Shown here piece by piece: positions 10,630 through 21,589 of a stretch of 64,000 nt of DNA; the first letter of the stretch is position 1; every line of letters starts with the position of its first letter. Under the pieces are notes generated by a model. The model did no database searches. It was not told where the DNA came from and saw nothing but the letters and a program-made list of their open reading frames with translations. Position numbers and translations under genes: made by a program. The DNA lies in assembly GCA_963667785.2 (NCBI GenBank), contig CAXXMU010000001.1:864001-928000 (forward strand), read 5' to 3'. Origin of the DNA: Alphaproteobacteria bacterium. GTDB taxonomy: Bacteria; Pseudomonadota; Alphaproteobacteria; UBA828.

Positions 10630-10678
10630 CAACGGCCGAGCCCCGCCTCGGACGCACGCTACCGCCCGCGCCGGCGCC

Positions 10679-11488
10679 TCAGGCGGGCTTGGGCGCCCAA
10701 AAACGCTTCTTGATGGGCGGCGAGAGCTTGCCGCTGATGGCGCGGGAGACGCCGTCGGCGATGGTGGCCTGGCACGCTTCCGCCATCGCCTTGCGGGAGC
10801 CGAAGTCCTCGATGGTCACCGGCGGGTGGAACTGGATCGCGATCGTGGCGTTGCCGAGGCCGGCGACGTTCCAGAGATGGCTCGCGAGCTCCATGTCGCC
10901 GTACCAGGCATAGAACGGCCGGTAGGGCCGCCCCATGGGAATCCCGTTCAGGCGCGTATAGGCGATCGAGACCGGCTGAACCACCAGCGGCTTGCCCCGG
11001 ACCGGCTTCTCGGCGATGCCGAAGAAGGCGCTCTTGAAGGGGAGCACCCGGTTGCCGTCGTTGCTGGTCCCCTCCGGGAACAGGATCAGGTTGTCGCCGT
11101 GCTCAAGCCGGCCGGTCATGTCGTCGCGGTGGTGGGCGGTGCGCGACGCACGACGCTCCACGAACACCGTCCGCTGCAGTCTCGCCAGGAATCCGAAGAC
11201 CGGCCAGCCGCGCACCTCGGCCTTGGCGACGAAGCTGCCCGGCACCACGGCGCCGAGTGCGCTGATGTCGAGATAGGAGGTGTGGTTGCAGACGAAGAGG
11301 GTGGGCGCGTTCCGCGACATGGTGCCGTAGCGCTCGATCCGGAAGCCCAGGATGCGGCAGACGCCGCGGTGCCAGACCATCGGCAGATGCTTGGAGAGCG
11401 GCGCCCGGAGCGCCATCAGGACAAGCTGGAAGGGGACCAGGCAGACCGTCCAGCCGAAGAAGCGCAGCAGCACCGCGGCGGCGATCAT
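10679..11488 (-). CDS. olsA: Lysophospholipid acyltransferase (probable lyso-ornithine lipid O-acyltransferase)
   Basis: NHTSYLD (HxxxxD), FPEGTS; ATGA-coupled to the olsB-like gene. Confidence 0.8.
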   Translation of the reverse strand: MIAAAVLLRFFGWTVCLVPFQLVLMALRAPLSKHLPMVWHRGVCRILGFRIERYGTMSRNAPTLFVCNHTSYLDISALGAVVPGSFVAKAEVRGWPVFGFLARLQRTVFVERRASRTAHHRDDMTGRLEHGDNLILFPEGTSNDGNRVLPFKSAFFGIAEKPVRGKPLVVQPVSIAYTRLNGIPMGRPYRPFYAWYGDMELASHLWNVAGLGNATIAIQFHPPVTIEDFGSRKAMAEACQATIADGVSRAISGKLSPPIKKRFWAPKPA

Positions 11489-12264
11489 GTCAGCTTGTCC
11501 CGATAGCGCTGGGTCACGAGATCGGTCTTGACGACGATGCTGACGTCGACGCTGCCCCACTGCCGGTCGATGACCGCGCCGTCGCCGACGAATCCGTTGA
11601 GCCTGAGATAGCCCTTGATCAGCGGCGGCACCGCCTTCAGCGCCGCCCGCCTGTCCACCTCGTCCTTGTCCACCAGGTTCATGTTCACGTAGTGCTCGTC
11701 GCGCGCGCGCGCGCAGAGCGCCGGCGGCGCGCGGTGGAAGTGGTGCAGGTAGGAGAGGGGCTGTGCATGGTCGGCCGGGTCGGTGCCGGGAAAGCTGGCG
11801 CAGCCGAACATGAGGGTGACGTCGTAGTGCAGCACGTAGGCCGCATTGCCCCGCCAGAGCAGGGTCATGGTGGTGCCGTTGCGGTAGGCGGAATCGACGC
11901 AGGAGCGACCCAGCTCCAGCAGCTCGCCCGGGTGGGCGACGATCGCGTCGATGTCGTATTCCCAGGTCGAGTAGAAGCCGCCGTGGGCGTCCGCCACCGA
12001 GCGCCTGAGCAGGCGGTAGGTGCCGACCACCTTGTCGCCGGCGCTGCGGTCATGGTCGATCACCAGCAGATGGTCGGAATAGGCGTCGAAGCGGTCGAAG
12101 TCGCGCTCGCGGGCCGCCATCTCGCCGCTCGGATCGGCCGCCATCTCCTCGTAGAAGACGCGGTAGCGAAGCGCCTGGGCGGCGTCGACGTCCGCCGGCG
12201 AGCGTGCCAGGCGAACCTCGAGGCTCCCGGCGACGATCCCGTCCATGAAATCATCGTCGGACAT
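11485..12264 (-). CDS. olsB: Ornithine-acyl-ACP N-acyltransferase (GNAT)
   Basis: AQALRYRVFYEEM, DFDRFDAYSDHLLV, LELGRSCV..YR, PPLIKGYLR. Confidence 0.88.
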   Translation of the reverse strand: MSDDDFMDGIVAGSLEVRLARSPADVDAAQALRYRVFYEEMAADPSGEMAARERDFDRFDAYSDHLLVIDHDRSAGDKVVGTYRLLRRSVADAHGGFYSTWEYDIDAIVAHPGELLELGRSCVDSAYRNGTTMTLLWRGNAAYVLHYDVTLMFGCASFPGTDPADHAQPLSYLHHFHRAPPALCARARDEHYVNMNLVDKDEVDRRAALKAVPPLIKGYLRLNGFVGDGAVIDRQWGSVDVSIVVKTDLVTQRYRDKLT

Positions 12265-12279
12265 GGGCTTTCGCGCGCG

Positions 12280-12702
12280 CTAGTCCTCGGGCGTGTCCAG
12301 CGGGACCGCGTAGAGCTCCAGCCGATGATCCACGAGCTTGTAGCCGAGCGCCTTGGCGACCGCCGCCTGAAGCGCCTCGATCTCCTCGTTCTGGAACTCC
12401 ACCACCTTGCCCGTCGTGAGGTCGATCAGATGGTCGTGGTGTTCGTCGGGGTGCTCCTCGTAGCGCGCCCGCCCGTCGCGGAAGTCGTGACGTTCCAGCA
12501 GGCCGCATTCCTCGAAGAGCCGCACCGTGCGGTAGACGGTCGCCAGGCTGATGCGCGGGTCGATCTCCGTCGCCCGCCGATAAAGACCCTCGACGTCGGG
12601 ATGGTCCGTCGCATCCGAGAGGACGCGCGCGATCACGCGCCGCTGCTCGGTCATCTTCAGGCCGATCTCGGCGCACCGCCGCTCTAGGGTCGATGACGGC
12701 AC
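12280..12702 (-). CDS. fur: Fur family regulator (alphaproteobacterial Fur/Mur type)
   Basis: GLKMTEQRRVIA, DHPDVE, ISLATVYRTV, HHDHLID; GAGGAG RBS before GTG at 12702. Confidence 0.93.
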   Translation of the reverse strand: MPSSTLERRCAEIGLKMTEQRRVIARVLSDATDHPDVEGLYRRATEIDPRISLATVYRTVRLFEECGLLERHDFRDGRARYEEHPDEHHDHLIDLTTGKVVEFQNEEIEALQAAVAKALGYKLVDHRLELYAVPLDTPED

Positions 12703-12879
12703 GTGGTCCCGCTCCTCCTCGGCCGCTTCCCGCATCGCATTATAGGCGAGGGTGCGAGCCGTGGCGACCACTGCGGCCCGAAGTGCGGCCCGTAGGGGCC
12801 CGCGCGGTGGCAATCGCGCCTCAATTGCCCTAGGTTCGGCGCCAACGACTGTCACGCGCCGGCCCGCCGGCAAGCGCCC

Positions 12880-13299
12880 ATGACCGACCAGAAGCCCCGC
12901 GACGACCGTTCGACGGAAGAGATCATGGAATCGATCGGCCGGATCGTCTCCGAGGGCGAGAGCCGCGGGCCCGTCCCGGACGCGAGCGCGCCGCCCCCGG
13001 CCGTCTCCCGACCCGCCGGGGACGAGGACGTGCTCGACCTGACGGAGATGGTGGACGAGCAAGGCAACGCGATCCCGCCGGGGCGGGCGACGACGGGCGC
13101 CCCGGCGTTCTCCTTTCCGCCGTCCGGCGAGCGGCCGCCATCGCGGCCTGTGGGCGGCGCTCCGGTCAGCGAAGAGAAGCTGCTGGAAGCGCTCCGGCCG
13201 ATGCTCCAGACCTGGCTCGACATGCACATGCCGCCGATCGTCGAGCGTCTCGTGCAGCGCGAGCTCGACCGCGCCGCGCGCCGCTCGAAGCCGGAGTGA
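12880..13299 (+). CDS. DUF2497 / PopZ-like polar organising protein
   Basis: N-terminal EEIMESIGRIV helix, Pro-rich middle, C-terminal LRPMLQTWLD.HMPPIVERLVQREL; directly upstream of valS like popZ. Confidence 0.8.
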   Translation: MTDQKPRDDRSTEEIMESIGRIVSEGESRGPVPDASAPPPAVSRPAGDEDVLDLTEMVDEQGNAIPPGRATTGAPAFSFPPSGERPPSRPVGGAPVSEEKLLEALRPMLQTWLDMHMPPIVERLVQRELDRAARRSKPE

Positions 13300-13358
13300 G
13301 GCGATTCCGCAGCGCGCCACCCCGGCGCCGATCCCCCTGAAACGGTTACGAGACGACG

Positions 13359-16010
13359 ATGCTGGACAAGACCTACCGGCCTGCCGATTTCGAGGGCCGT
13401 CTCTACGATCTGTGGGAGCGGAGCGGCAGCTTCGCCGGGCGCCCCGGTGGCGGCGCGCCGTGGTGCGTGATGATGCCGCCGCCCAACGTCACCGGCAGCC
13501 TGCACATGGGCCACGCCCTCAACAACACGCTGCAGGACGTGCTCACCCGCTATCGGCGGAAGACCGGCCGCGACGCGCTCTGGCAGCCGGGCATGGACCA
13601 TGCCGGTATCGCGACGCAGATGGTGGTCGAGCGTCAGCTTGCCGCAGACGGCACGGACCGGCGCGCCCTCGGCCGTGAGGCCTTCATCGACCGCGTCTGG
13701 GACTGGAAGGCGGAATCGGGCGGTGCCATCGGGCGCCAGCTCCGTCGCCTCGGCGCCTCTCCCGACTGGGCGCGCGAGCGCTTCACCATGGACGAGGGCC
13801 TGAGCCGCGCGGTGCTCGAGGTCTTCGTCACCCTCTACCGCCAGGGCCTCATCTATCGCGACAAGCGCCTGGTCAACTGGGACCCGGTGCTGGGCACCGC
13901 GATCTCCGACCTGGAGGTGGAGCAGCGCGAGATGGCGGACGGCAAGCTCTGGCACGTCCGCTACCCGCTGGAGGGCCGACCGGGCGAGCACGTCGTCGTC
14001 GCGACCACGCGGCCCGAGACGATGCTCGGCGATACGGCCGTCGCCGTGCACCCGGAAGACGAGCGCTATCGCCGCCTCATCGGCAGCCGCGCGGTGCTGC
14101 CGCTGGTCGGCCGCTATCTGCCCATCGTCGCCGACGACTATGCCGACCCGGCGCAGGGCTCGGGCGCGGTGAAGATCACGCCCGCGCACGACTTCAACGA
14201 TTTTGAGGTCGGCCGGCGGCACGGCCTGGAAATCGTCAACGTGTTCGATGCCGAGGCCCGGATCAACGAGAACGCACCCGAGGCCTACCGTGGCCTCGAC
14301 CGGATGGAGGCGCGCGCGCGCGTGCTCGCCGATCTCGAGGCCGAGGGGCTGATCGAGAGGGTCGAGCCACATCTTCACACCGTGCCCCACGGCGACCGCT
14401 CGGGTGCGGTGATCGAGCCGTGGCTCACCGACCAGTGGTACGTCGACGCCGAGACGCTCGCGAGGCCCGCGATCGAGGCCGTCGAGACGGGCCGCATCCG
14501 CTTCGTGCCCGCGCGCTGGGAGAGCACTTATTTCGAGTGGATGCGCAACATCCAGCCCTGGTGCATCTCGCGTCAGCTCTGGTGGGGTCATCGGATTCCG
14601 GCCTGGTACGGCCCAGACGGCCATGTCTTCGTCGCCGTCTCCGAGGCCGAGGCCGAGGAACAGGCCGCGCAGCATTACGGCCGCGCCGAGCCGCTCACGC
14701 GCGACGAGGACGTGCTGGACACCTGGTTCAGCTCCGGCCTCTGGCCCTTCTCGACCCTCGGCTGGCCGGAGCGCACGGCGGCGCTGGAGACCTACTATCC
14801 CAACAGCGACCTGATCACCGGCTTCGACATCATCTTCTTCTGGGTGGCCCGGATGGTGATGCTCGGCATGCACTTCATGGGCGATGTCCCCTTCCGCACC
14901 GTCTACATCCACGCGCTGGTGCGGGACGAGAAGGGGCAGAAGATGTCCAAGAGCAAGGGCAACGTGATCGACCCGCTCGCGCTCATCGACGAGTACGGCG
15001 CCGATGCGCTCCGCTTCACCCTGGCGGCGATGGAGGCGCAGGGGCGCGACATCAAGCTCGCCGAGAGCCGCGTCGCGGGCTATCGCAACTTCGCCACCAA
15101 GCTGTGGAACGCCGCGCGTTTCTGCGAGGCCAACGGGTGTGCGCCGGATCCCGACTTCGATCCGGCGACGTGCCGCGACCGCGTGAACCGCTGGATCGTC
15201 GGTGAGGCCGCCGCCGCCGCCCGCGCCGTGACCGATGCCCTCGACGCCTACCGCTTCGACGCGGCCGCCGGCGCGGTCTACCACTTCACCTGGGATGTCT
15301 TCTGCGACTGGTACCTGGAGTTCTCGAAGCCGGTGCTGGCGGGCGCCGACGGGCCGGCCAAGGCGGAGACCCGGGCCACGGCCGCCTGGGTGCTGGATAC
15401 GATCCTGGGCCTCCTCCATCCCTTCATGCCCTTCGTCACCGAAGAGCTCTGGGGCCGGATCGACGAGGCGCGGGAGGGCACTCTGGTCACGGCGCCCTGG
15501 CCGGCGCCGGACGAGGGCATCGGCGACGCGGACGCGACCCGGGAGATGGACTGGGTGGTGCGGCTCGTCAAGGCCGTGCGCGCCGTACGCGCGGAGATGA
15601 ACGTGCCGGCGGGTGCGCGCATCGCGCTCGGGCTCCGCGGTTCCGCGCCGGAGACGGCGGCGCGCCTGGAGCGCCACGGCGCGGTCATCGCGCGCCTCGC
15701 TCGGCTCAGCGACGCCGAGGCGCTGGAGGGCGAGGTGCCGCCGGGCTCGGTGCAGATGATGCTGGACGAGGCGACAATCGTGCTGCCGCTCGCCGGCGTC
15801 ATCGAGTTCGACAAGGAGCGCGCAAGGCTCGACCGGGAGCTGGGCAAGGTCGGCAAGGAGATGGCGGCGCTGGAGCGCAAGCTCGACAACGAGAAGTTCC
15901 TCGCTCGGGCGCCGGCCCACGTGGTCGAGGAGCAGCGCGGGCGTCTCGACGAGGCGCGCAGGGCGCAGGCCCGGCTGGAGGCCGCGCTGGAGCGAATCGC
16001 GGCATCGTGA
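13359..16010 (+). CDS. valS: Valine--tRNA ligase
   Basis: [31 protein letters not shown]-terminal coiled coil. Confidence 0.98.
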   Translation: MLDKTYRPADFEGRLYDLWERSGSFAGRPGGGAPWCVMMPPPNVTGSLHMGHALNNTLQDVLTRYRRKTGRDALWQPGMDHAGIATQMVVERQLAADGTDRRALGREAFIDRVWDWKAESGGAIGRQLRRLGASPDWARERFTMDEGLSRAVLEVFVTLYRQGLIYRDKRLVNWDPVLGTAISDLEVEQREMADGKLWHVRYPLEGRPGEHVVVATTRPETMLGDTAVAVHPEDERYRRLIGSRAVLPLVGRYLPIVADDYADPAQGSGAVKITPAHDFNDFEVGRRHGLEIVNVFDAEARINENAPEAYRGLDRMEARARVLADLEAEGLIERVEPHLHTVPHGDRSGAVIEPWLTDQWYVDAETLARPAIEAVETGRIRFVPARWESTYFEWMRNIQPWCISRQLWWGHRIPAWYGPDGHVFVAVSEAEAEEQAAQHYGRAEPLTRDEDVLDTWFSSGLWPFSTLGWPERTAALETYYPNSDLITGFDIIFFWVARMVMLGMHFMGDVPFRTVYIHALVRDEKGQKMSKSKGNVIDPLALIDEYGADALRFTLAAMEAQGRDIKLAESRVAGYRNFATKLWNAARFCEANGCAPDPDFDPATCRDRVNRWIVGEAAAAARAVTDALDAYRFDAAAGAVYHFTWDVFCDWYLEFSKPVLAGADGPAKAETRATAAWVLDTILGLLHPFMPFVTEELWGRIDEAREGTLVTAPWPAPDEGIGDADATREMDWVVRLVKAVRAVRAEMNVPAGARIALGLRGSAPETAARLERHGAVIARLARLSDAEALEGEVPPGSVQMMLDEATIVLPLAGVIEFDKERARLDRELGKVGKEMAALERKLDNEKFLARAPAHVVEEQRGRLDEARRAQARLEAALERIAAS

Positions 16011-16110
16011 ACCCGCCGGGGCGACGTTCGCCGCTTGACCGCAGCCCACCCCACGAGTAAGCCCATCGCGCCGCCGCGAGAGGGTGGGCGGTGCGAGGGA
16101 GAAGGGCGCC

Positions 16111-17832
16111 ATGAGCACGAGATTCGACAAGTCGAAGCTGCCGAGCAGGCACATCACCGAAGGCGCGAAGAGCGCGGCGCACAGGTCGTTCTTCTATGCC
16201 ATGGGCGTCTCCCGCCAGGCGATGAGCCGGCCGATCGTGGGCGTGGCGACAACCTGGAACGAGACCGCGCCCTGCAACATCACGCTGCGCCGCCAGGCGC
16301 AGGCGGCGAAGACCGGCGTCGACGAGTCCGGCGGCACGCCGCGCGAGTTCACCACGATCACCGTGACCGACGGCATCGCCATGGGCCATCAGGGCATGAA
16401 GTCGTCGCTCGTCTCGCGCGACGTGATCGCGGATTCGGTCGAGCTCACCATGCGCGGCCACTCCTACGACGCGCTGGTGGGGATCGCCGGCTGCGACAAG
16501 TCGCTGCCGGGGATGATGATGGCGCTCGTGCGGCTCAACGTGCCAGGCGTCTTCCTCTATGGCGGCTCGATCCTGCCGGGGCGCTTCCGCGGCCGCGACG
16601 TCACGGTGATGGACGTCTACGAGTATTACGGCAAGCTCAACGAGGGCGAGGTCACGGAAGAAGACCTCGCCGAGATCGAGGCGGTGGCGTGCCCCTCCGG
16701 CGGCTCCTGCGGCGGCCAGTTCACCGCCAACACCATGGCCTGCGTTTCCGAGGCGATCGGGCTGGCGCTGCCGCATTCGGCAGGCGCGCCGGCGGTCTAC
16801 GAGTCCCGCGACGAGTTCGCCGTGGCCTCCGGCAACTGCGTCATGGACCTGCTCGAAAACAACATCCGCCCGCGCGACATCGTCACCCGCAAGGCGATGG
16901 AGAACGCGGCGACCGTGGTGGCGGCCACCGGCGGCTCCACCAATGCCGGGCTGCATCTGCCCGCGATCGCGAACGAGGCGGGGATCGACTTCGACCTCGC
17001 GGCGGTCGCCGAGGTGTTCAAGCGCACGCCCTATATCGCCGATCTCAAGCCCGGCGGCCGCTACGTGGCGAAGGACCTGTTCGAGGCGGGCGGCGTGCCG
17101 ATCGTGCTCAAGGCGCTGCTCGAAGGCGGCTATCTGCACGGCGACTGCCTGACCGTGACCGGCAGGACGCTTGCCGAGAACCTCGCCGACGTGGCGTTCC
17201 CCACCGGGCAGGACGTGGTGGTGCCGACGTCTGCGCCGCTCTCGCCCACCGGCGGCGTGGTGGGGCTCAGCGGCAATCTCGCGCCGGAAGGAGCGATCGT
17301 GAAGGTGGCCGGCCTCACCCGGCTCCGCCATGTCGGGCCCGCGCGCTGCTTCGATACCGAGGAGGAGGCGATGAAGGCCGTCGTCAGCCGCGACTACCGC
17401 TCCGGCGACGTGATCGTCATCCGCTACGAGGGGCCCAAGGGCGGCCCCGGCATGCGCGAGATGCTGGCCGTCACCTCGCAGATCTACGGCCAGGGCAAGG
17501 GCGAGGAGGTCGCGCTCATCACCGACGGCCGCTTCTCCGGCGCGACGCGGGGCTTCTGCATCGGCCATGTCGGGCCCGAGGCGGCGGTGGGCGGCCCCAT
17601 CGCCCTGCTCCGCGACGGCGACGAGGTGACCATCGACGCGACCAGCGGCGAGCTCAGCGTCGCGCTCTCGGACGCCGAGCTGGCGGAGCGCCGCAAGGGC
17701 TGGGCGCCGCGCTCGACCGACTATCGGGCGGGCGTGCTCTGGAAGTACGCCGCCACTGTCGGCCCCGCCTACCAGGGCGCGGTGACGCATCCCGGCGGCG
17801 CGGCGGAAACCCACTGCTTCGCGGACCTGTGA
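16111..17832 (+). CDS. ilvD: Dihydroxy-acid dehydratase
   Basis: PCN, GCDKS, GGSCGGQFTANTM, GGSTN, GPKGGPGMREM, TDGRFSG. Confidence 0.96.
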   Translation: MSTRFDKSKLPSRHITEGAKSAAHRSFFYAMGVSRQAMSRPIVGVATTWNETAPCNITLRRQAQAAKTGVDESGGTPREFTTITVTDGIAMGHQGMKSSLVSRDVIADSVELTMRGHSYDALVGIAGCDKSLPGMMMALVRLNVPGVFLYGGSILPGRFRGRDVTVMDVYEYYGKLNEGEVTEEDLAEIEAVACPSGGSCGGQFTANTMACVSEAIGLALPHSAGAPAVYESRDEFAVASGNCVMDLLENNIRPRDIVTRKAMENAATVVAATGGSTNAGLHLPAIANEAGIDFDLAAVAEVFKRTPYIADLKPGGRYVAKDLFEAGGVPIVLKALLEGGYLHGDCLTVTGRTLAENLADVAFPTGQDVVVPTSAPLSPTGGVVGLSGNLAPEGAIVKVAGLTRLRHVGPARCFDTEEEAMKAVVSRDYRSGDVIVIRYEGPKGGPGMREMLAVTSQIYGQGKGEEVALITDGRFSGATRGFCIGHVGPEAAVGGPIALLRDGDEVTIDATSGELSVALSDAELAERRKGWAPRSTDYRAGVLWKYAATVGPAYQGAVTHPGGAAETHCFADL

Positions 17833-17848
17833 CCGAGCACCCTCTTGG

Positions 17849-17939
17849 CGTCATGGCCGGGCTTGTCCCGGCCATCCACGGGTTGTTCGCGAAATAGAGA
17901 GAAAGAACGTGGATGCTCGGAACGAGTCCGGGCATGACG
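17849..17939. repeat. Palindromic REP-like element (alphaproteobacterial GTCATG..CC..ATCCAC type)
   Basis: Arms CGTCATGGCCGGGCTTGTCCCGGCCATCCACG (17849-17880) and CGTGGATGCTCGGAACGAGTCCGGGCATGACG (17908-17939) form an imperfect inverted repeat between ilvD and metC. Confidence 0.85.
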
Positions 17940-17988
17940 GTGGAAGGACTGGTTTTCCGATGCGAATGTCCGTGACGGGCACTAGACC

Positions 17989-19200
17989 ATGACCAAGGAA
18001 AGCGGCAGGAAAGGCCGCTACCGGGACGAGACGCTGCTCTCGGTGCTCGGCCGCGACCCGGCCGCGAACCACGGCGTCGTCAACCCGCCCGTCTATCACG
18101 CGTCGACGATCCTTCACGAGACCGCGGCGGCGCTGAAGGAAGCCACCTTCGGCCCGCGCGAGTACGGCAAGACCTACTACGGGCGCTACGGCACGCCGAC
18201 GACCTTCCCGCTGCAGGACTCCATCGCCGCCCTCGAGCGGGGTCATCGCACCTACCTGTTCGGCTCCGGCAAGGCGGCGATCGTGGCGTCGCTGCTCGCC
18301 TTCGTGAAGAGCGGCGACCACGTGCTGATGACCGACAGCGCCTATGGCCCGACGCGCGCCCTCGCGCGGGGGCTGCTCGCCCGCATGGGGGTGGAGACCA
18401 CCTTCTACGACCCCTGCATCGGCGCCGGCATCGCCGCCCTGATGCAGCCCAACACCAGCGTGGTGGTGGGCGAATCGCCGGGCTCGATCACCTTCGAGAT
18501 CCAGGACTTTCCGGCGCTCGCGGCTGCCGCGCACGAGCGGGGCGCCGTGTTGATCGTGGACAACACCTGGGCCTCGCCGCTGTTCTGTCAGCCTCTTGCT
18601 CTCGGCGCGGACGTCTCGATCCAGGCCTGCACCAAGTACGTCGTGGGCCACTCGGACGCCATGCTCGGCGCGGTCACCACCACCGAGGCCCATGTCGAGG
18701 CGCTGCGCCGCGTCTTCGAGGAGCTCGGCGCGGCGCCCGGACCCGACGACTGCTACCTGGGCCTGCGCGGCCTGCGCACGCTTTCCGTCCGCCTGCACCG
18801 GCACCAGGAGACGGGGCTCAGGCTCGCCCGCTGGCTGCAGGGCCGCCCCGAGGTGAGCCGGGTGCTCCATCCCGCGCTGGAGGACGATCCCGGTCACGCG
18901 CTCTGGAAGCGCGACTTCTCCGGCGCCTCCAGCCTCTTCGGCGCGGTGCTGGAGCCGGTGCCGGAGCCTGCCGTCGACGCCTTCCTCGATTCGCTCGCGC
19001 TCTTCGGCCTCGGCTATTCCTGGGGCGGCTACGAGAGCCTGGCGCTGCCGACCTATCCCTGGAAGCTGCGCGATGCGACGCGCTGGGATCCGGCGTGCCC
19101 GCTGCTCCGCATCTATGCTGGCCTCGAGGATGCCGACGACCTCATCGCCGATCTCGCGCAGGGGTTCGAGCGCATGGCCGAGGCACGCTCGGCGGAATAG
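17989..19200 (+). CDS. metC: Cystathionine beta-lyase
   Basis: VNPPVYHASTI, YGRYGTPT, DNTWASPL, TKYVVGHSD (PLP Lys), GYSWGGYESL. Confidence 0.93.
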   Translation: MTKESGRKGRYRDETLLSVLGRDPAANHGVVNPPVYHASTILHETAAALKEATFGPREYGKTYYGRYGTPTTFPLQDSIAALERGHRTYLFGSGKAAIVASLLAFVKSGDHVLMTDSAYGPTRALARGLLARMGVETTFYDPCIGAGIAALMQPNTSVVVGESPGSITFEIQDFPALAAAAHERGAVLIVDNTWASPLFCQPLALGADVSIQACTKYVVGHSDAMLGAVTTTEAHVEALRRVFEELGAAPGPDDCYLGLRGLRTLSVRLHRHQETGLRLARWLQGRPEVSRVLHPALEDDPGHALWKRDFSGASSLFGAVLEPVPEPAVDAFLDSLALFGLGYSWGGYESLALPTYPWKLRDATRWDPACPLLRIYAGLEDADDLIADLAQGFERMAEARSAE

Positions 19201-19223
19201 ACGCTCGTCAGCAGGGGAAGCGC

Positions 19224-19697
19224 ATGTACAACTGGTATTTCGAGGATCTGGAGCCCGGCCTGCGCTTCGAGACCAGGGGCAAGACCCTGAGCGAGCCGGA
19301 GATCCTGGACTTCGCCTTCCGCTACGACCCGCAGCCCTTTCATATGGACGTCGCCTACGCCGAGGCCGGGCCCTACGGCGGGCTGATCGCGAGCGGCATC
19401 CAGACCATCGCCGTGGCGCTCCGCATGTTCTTCCAGACCCCGGTGTTCGCGCCCGAGATCAGCATCGGCTCACCGGGGGTCGACGAGCTGCGCTGGCTCC
19501 AGCCGGTCCGCCCCGGCGATACCATCCGCGCTACCGGCGAGATCCTCGAGGTGCGGGCGTCGCGCTCCAAGCCGGACCGCGGCATCGTGCGCTACCGGAT
19601 GGAGGTCCTCAACCAGCGGGACGAAGTGGTGATGACCATGCTCAGTGCCGCGATCGTCCGGCGCGCGCCGGCGGCGGCCGGCGGCGACCCCGCGTAG
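19224..19697 (+). CDS. MaoC family dehydratase
   Basis: YFEDLEPG, FAFRYDPQPFHMD, GGLIASG, ELRWLQPVRPGD. Confidence 0.9.
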   Translation: MYNWYFEDLEPGLRFETRGKTLSEPEILDFAFRYDPQPFHMDVAYAEAGPYGGLIASGIQTIAVALRMFFQTPVFAPEISIGSPGVDELRWLQPVRPGDTIRATGEILEVRASRSKPDRGIVRYRMEVLNQRDEVVMTMLSAAIVRRAPAAAGGDPA

Positions 19698-19700
19698 GCC

Positions 19701-20195
19701 TTGGGCGCGACGCTGCAGCGGTCGGTCGGCGGACGCGCCCTCCCGCTGCTCGTCGCGGCGGCGAGCGCCGCGCTGCTGCTCGGCGCCTATCTCTCCCAGC
19801 ACGTGGGCGGCCTCGCGCCCTGTCCGCTCTGCCTCATCCAGCGCTACCCCCACTTCGCCGTCATAGGCCTGGGGCTTGCCGCCGTCGCCGTTGGCGGCCG
19901 GGCCCGGATGGCGCTGCTCGCGCTCTCGGGCCTCGCCCTCCTGGTGAGCGCCGGCTACGGGGTCTACCATGCGGGCGTCGAGCAGGGCTGGTTCGCGAGC
20001 GGCTGCGCCGCCCAGATCGGCGGCAGCGTCGACGACATCAGGGCACAGGTGATGGCGGCGCCGCTGACGCGCTGCGACGAGGTACCCTGGTCGCTCGTCG
20101 GCGTGTCGCTGGCGGGGTGGAACGCGATTGCCTCCGTCGCGGTGGCCGCCCTCGCGTTCTACGGCGCGGGCCGGCTGTGGAGGGCGGGCACATGA
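19701..20195 (+). CDS. dsbB: Disulfide bond formation protein B family
   Basis: GLAPCPLCLIQRYP, YHAGVEQGW, second Cys pair, SLAGWN. Confidence 0.88.
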   Translation: MGATLQRSVGGRALPLLVAAASAALLLGAYLSQHVGGLAPCPLCLIQRYPHFAVIGLGLAAVAVGGRARMALLALSGLALLVSAGYGVYHAGVEQGWFASGCAAQIGGSVDDIRAQVMAAPLTRCDEVPWSLVGVSLAGWNAIASVAVAALAFYGAGRLWRAGT

Positions 20196-20776
20196 GCGAG
20201 GACGAGAAGCGCAGGGACGCACGGCCCGCGGTCACGGGCGAGGACCGGTTGCCCGGCGACCCCACCCGTGACGAGTTGATCGCCCGCATGCTGCGGGTCG
20301 ATCATGCCGGCGAGTACGGCGCCCGGCGGATCTACGACGGCCAGCTCGCGGTGCTGGGTCGCGGCCCGGCGGCGCCCGTGATCCGCGAGATGGCCGAGGC
20401 CGAGCAGGCCCACCTGGATGCCTTCGACGCGCTGCTGGTGGAGCGGCGCGTGCGGCCGACCGCGCTCAGCCCCCTCTGGCACGTCGCCGGCTACGCGCTC
20501 GGCGCCGCCAGCGGGTTGCTGGGAGAGCGGGCGGCCATGGCGTGCACCGTCGCCGTCGAGGAGGTGATCGAGGAGCACTACGCGGCGCAGGTGCAGCGTC
20601 TCGGCGAGGACGAGGCGCCGCTGCGCGAGACGCTCGAGCAATTCGGCGCCGACGAGGCCCGGCACCGCGAGACCGGCCTCGCCCACGGGGCGGAGCAGGC
20701 GCCGGGCTACGAGGCGCTGGCGGCGGCGGTCAAGCGCGGCACCCGGCTCGCCATCTGGCTGTCGGAACGGATTTAG
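20192..20776 (+). CDS. coq7: Demethoxyubiquinone hydroxylase (di-iron)
   Basis: MLRVDHAGEYGARRIYDGQ, ExxH motifs, AMACTVAVEEVIEEHY; ATGA overlap with dsbB. Confidence 0.95.
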   Translation: MSEDEKRRDARPAVTGEDRLPGDPTRDELIARMLRVDHAGEYGARRIYDGQLAVLGRGPAAPVIREMAEAEQAHLDAFDALLVERRVRPTALSPLWHVAGYALGAASGLLGERAAMACTVAVEEVIEEHYAAQVQRLGEDEAPLRETLEQFGADEARHRETGLAHGAEQAPGYEALAAAVKRGTRLAIWLSERI

Positions 20777-20788
20777 CGCGGGGCTGGA

Positions 20789-21577
20789 CTACCGCCCGGT
20801 GAACTTGGGCGGGCGCTTCTCCATGAACGCGGTGCGTCCCTCGGTGTAATCGGCGCTGGTGAAGCAGGCCGTCACCAGGTCCTCGCAGAGGGCCGCGTCG
20901 ACGCCGTCGCCGCCGGCCCGCGCGAGCTCCCCGATCATGTGCTTGCTCGCCCGCATGGAGAGCGGCGCGTTGGCGGCGATGGCGGCGCAGTAGCGCTCGA
21001 CCTCCTCGGCCAGCGTGTCCGTGGGCACGGTCCGGTTGACGAGGCCGATGCGCTCCGCCTCGCTGGCGTCGAAGCGGCGCGCGGTGATGAGGATCTCCTT
21101 GGCGAAGGCGGGCCCGACCAGGTCGGTCAGCAGCTTGAGCGAGCCGACGCGGTAGCCGACCCCCAGCCTTGCGGCCGGAATCGCGAAGGTCGCGTCGGTT
21201 GCGGCGATCCGCATGTCGCAGGCGATGGCGAGGCCGAGCCCCCCTCCCATGCAGTAGCCGCGGATCATGGCGATCGTCGGCCGGTCGACGCCCTTCAACC
21301 GGTGGGTGGCGCCCTCGGCAAGCTCGTCGTAGGCCGCGACCGCCTCTTCGCTCGCGCGCGCGGTCGCGAACTCGGAAATGTCGGCGCCCGAGACGAAGGC
21401 CTTCTCGCCCGCGCCCCGCAGCACGATCACGCGGACCGCGGGGTCCGCCTCCAGCTCATCCAGCGCCTCCGGCAGCGCACGCCACATGGCGACGGAGAGC
21501 GCGTTGTGCTTCGCCGGGTTGTTGAAGGTGATCCAGCCGACGGCGCCGGCGGTCTCGACAAGCAGTTGATCGGTCAT
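20789..21577 (-). CDS. Enoyl-CoA hydratase/isomerase family
   Basis: FNNPAKHNAL, AFVSGADISEF, CMGGGLGLA..CD.R, EGRTAFMEKRPP. Confidence 0.93.
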   Translation of the reverse strand: MTDQLLVETAGAVGWITFNNPAKHNALSVAMWRALPEALDELEADPAVRVIVLRGAGEKAFVSGADISEFATARASEEAVAAYDELAEGATHRLKGVDRPTIAMIRGYCMGGGLGLAIACDMRIAATDATFAIPAARLGVGYRVGSLKLLTDLVGPAFAKEILITARRFDASEAERIGLVNRTVPTDTLAEEVERYCAAIAANAPLSMRASKHMIGELARAGGDGVDAALCEDLVTACFTSADYTEGRTAFMEKRPPKFTGR

Positions 21578-21589
21578 GTCATTTCCACG

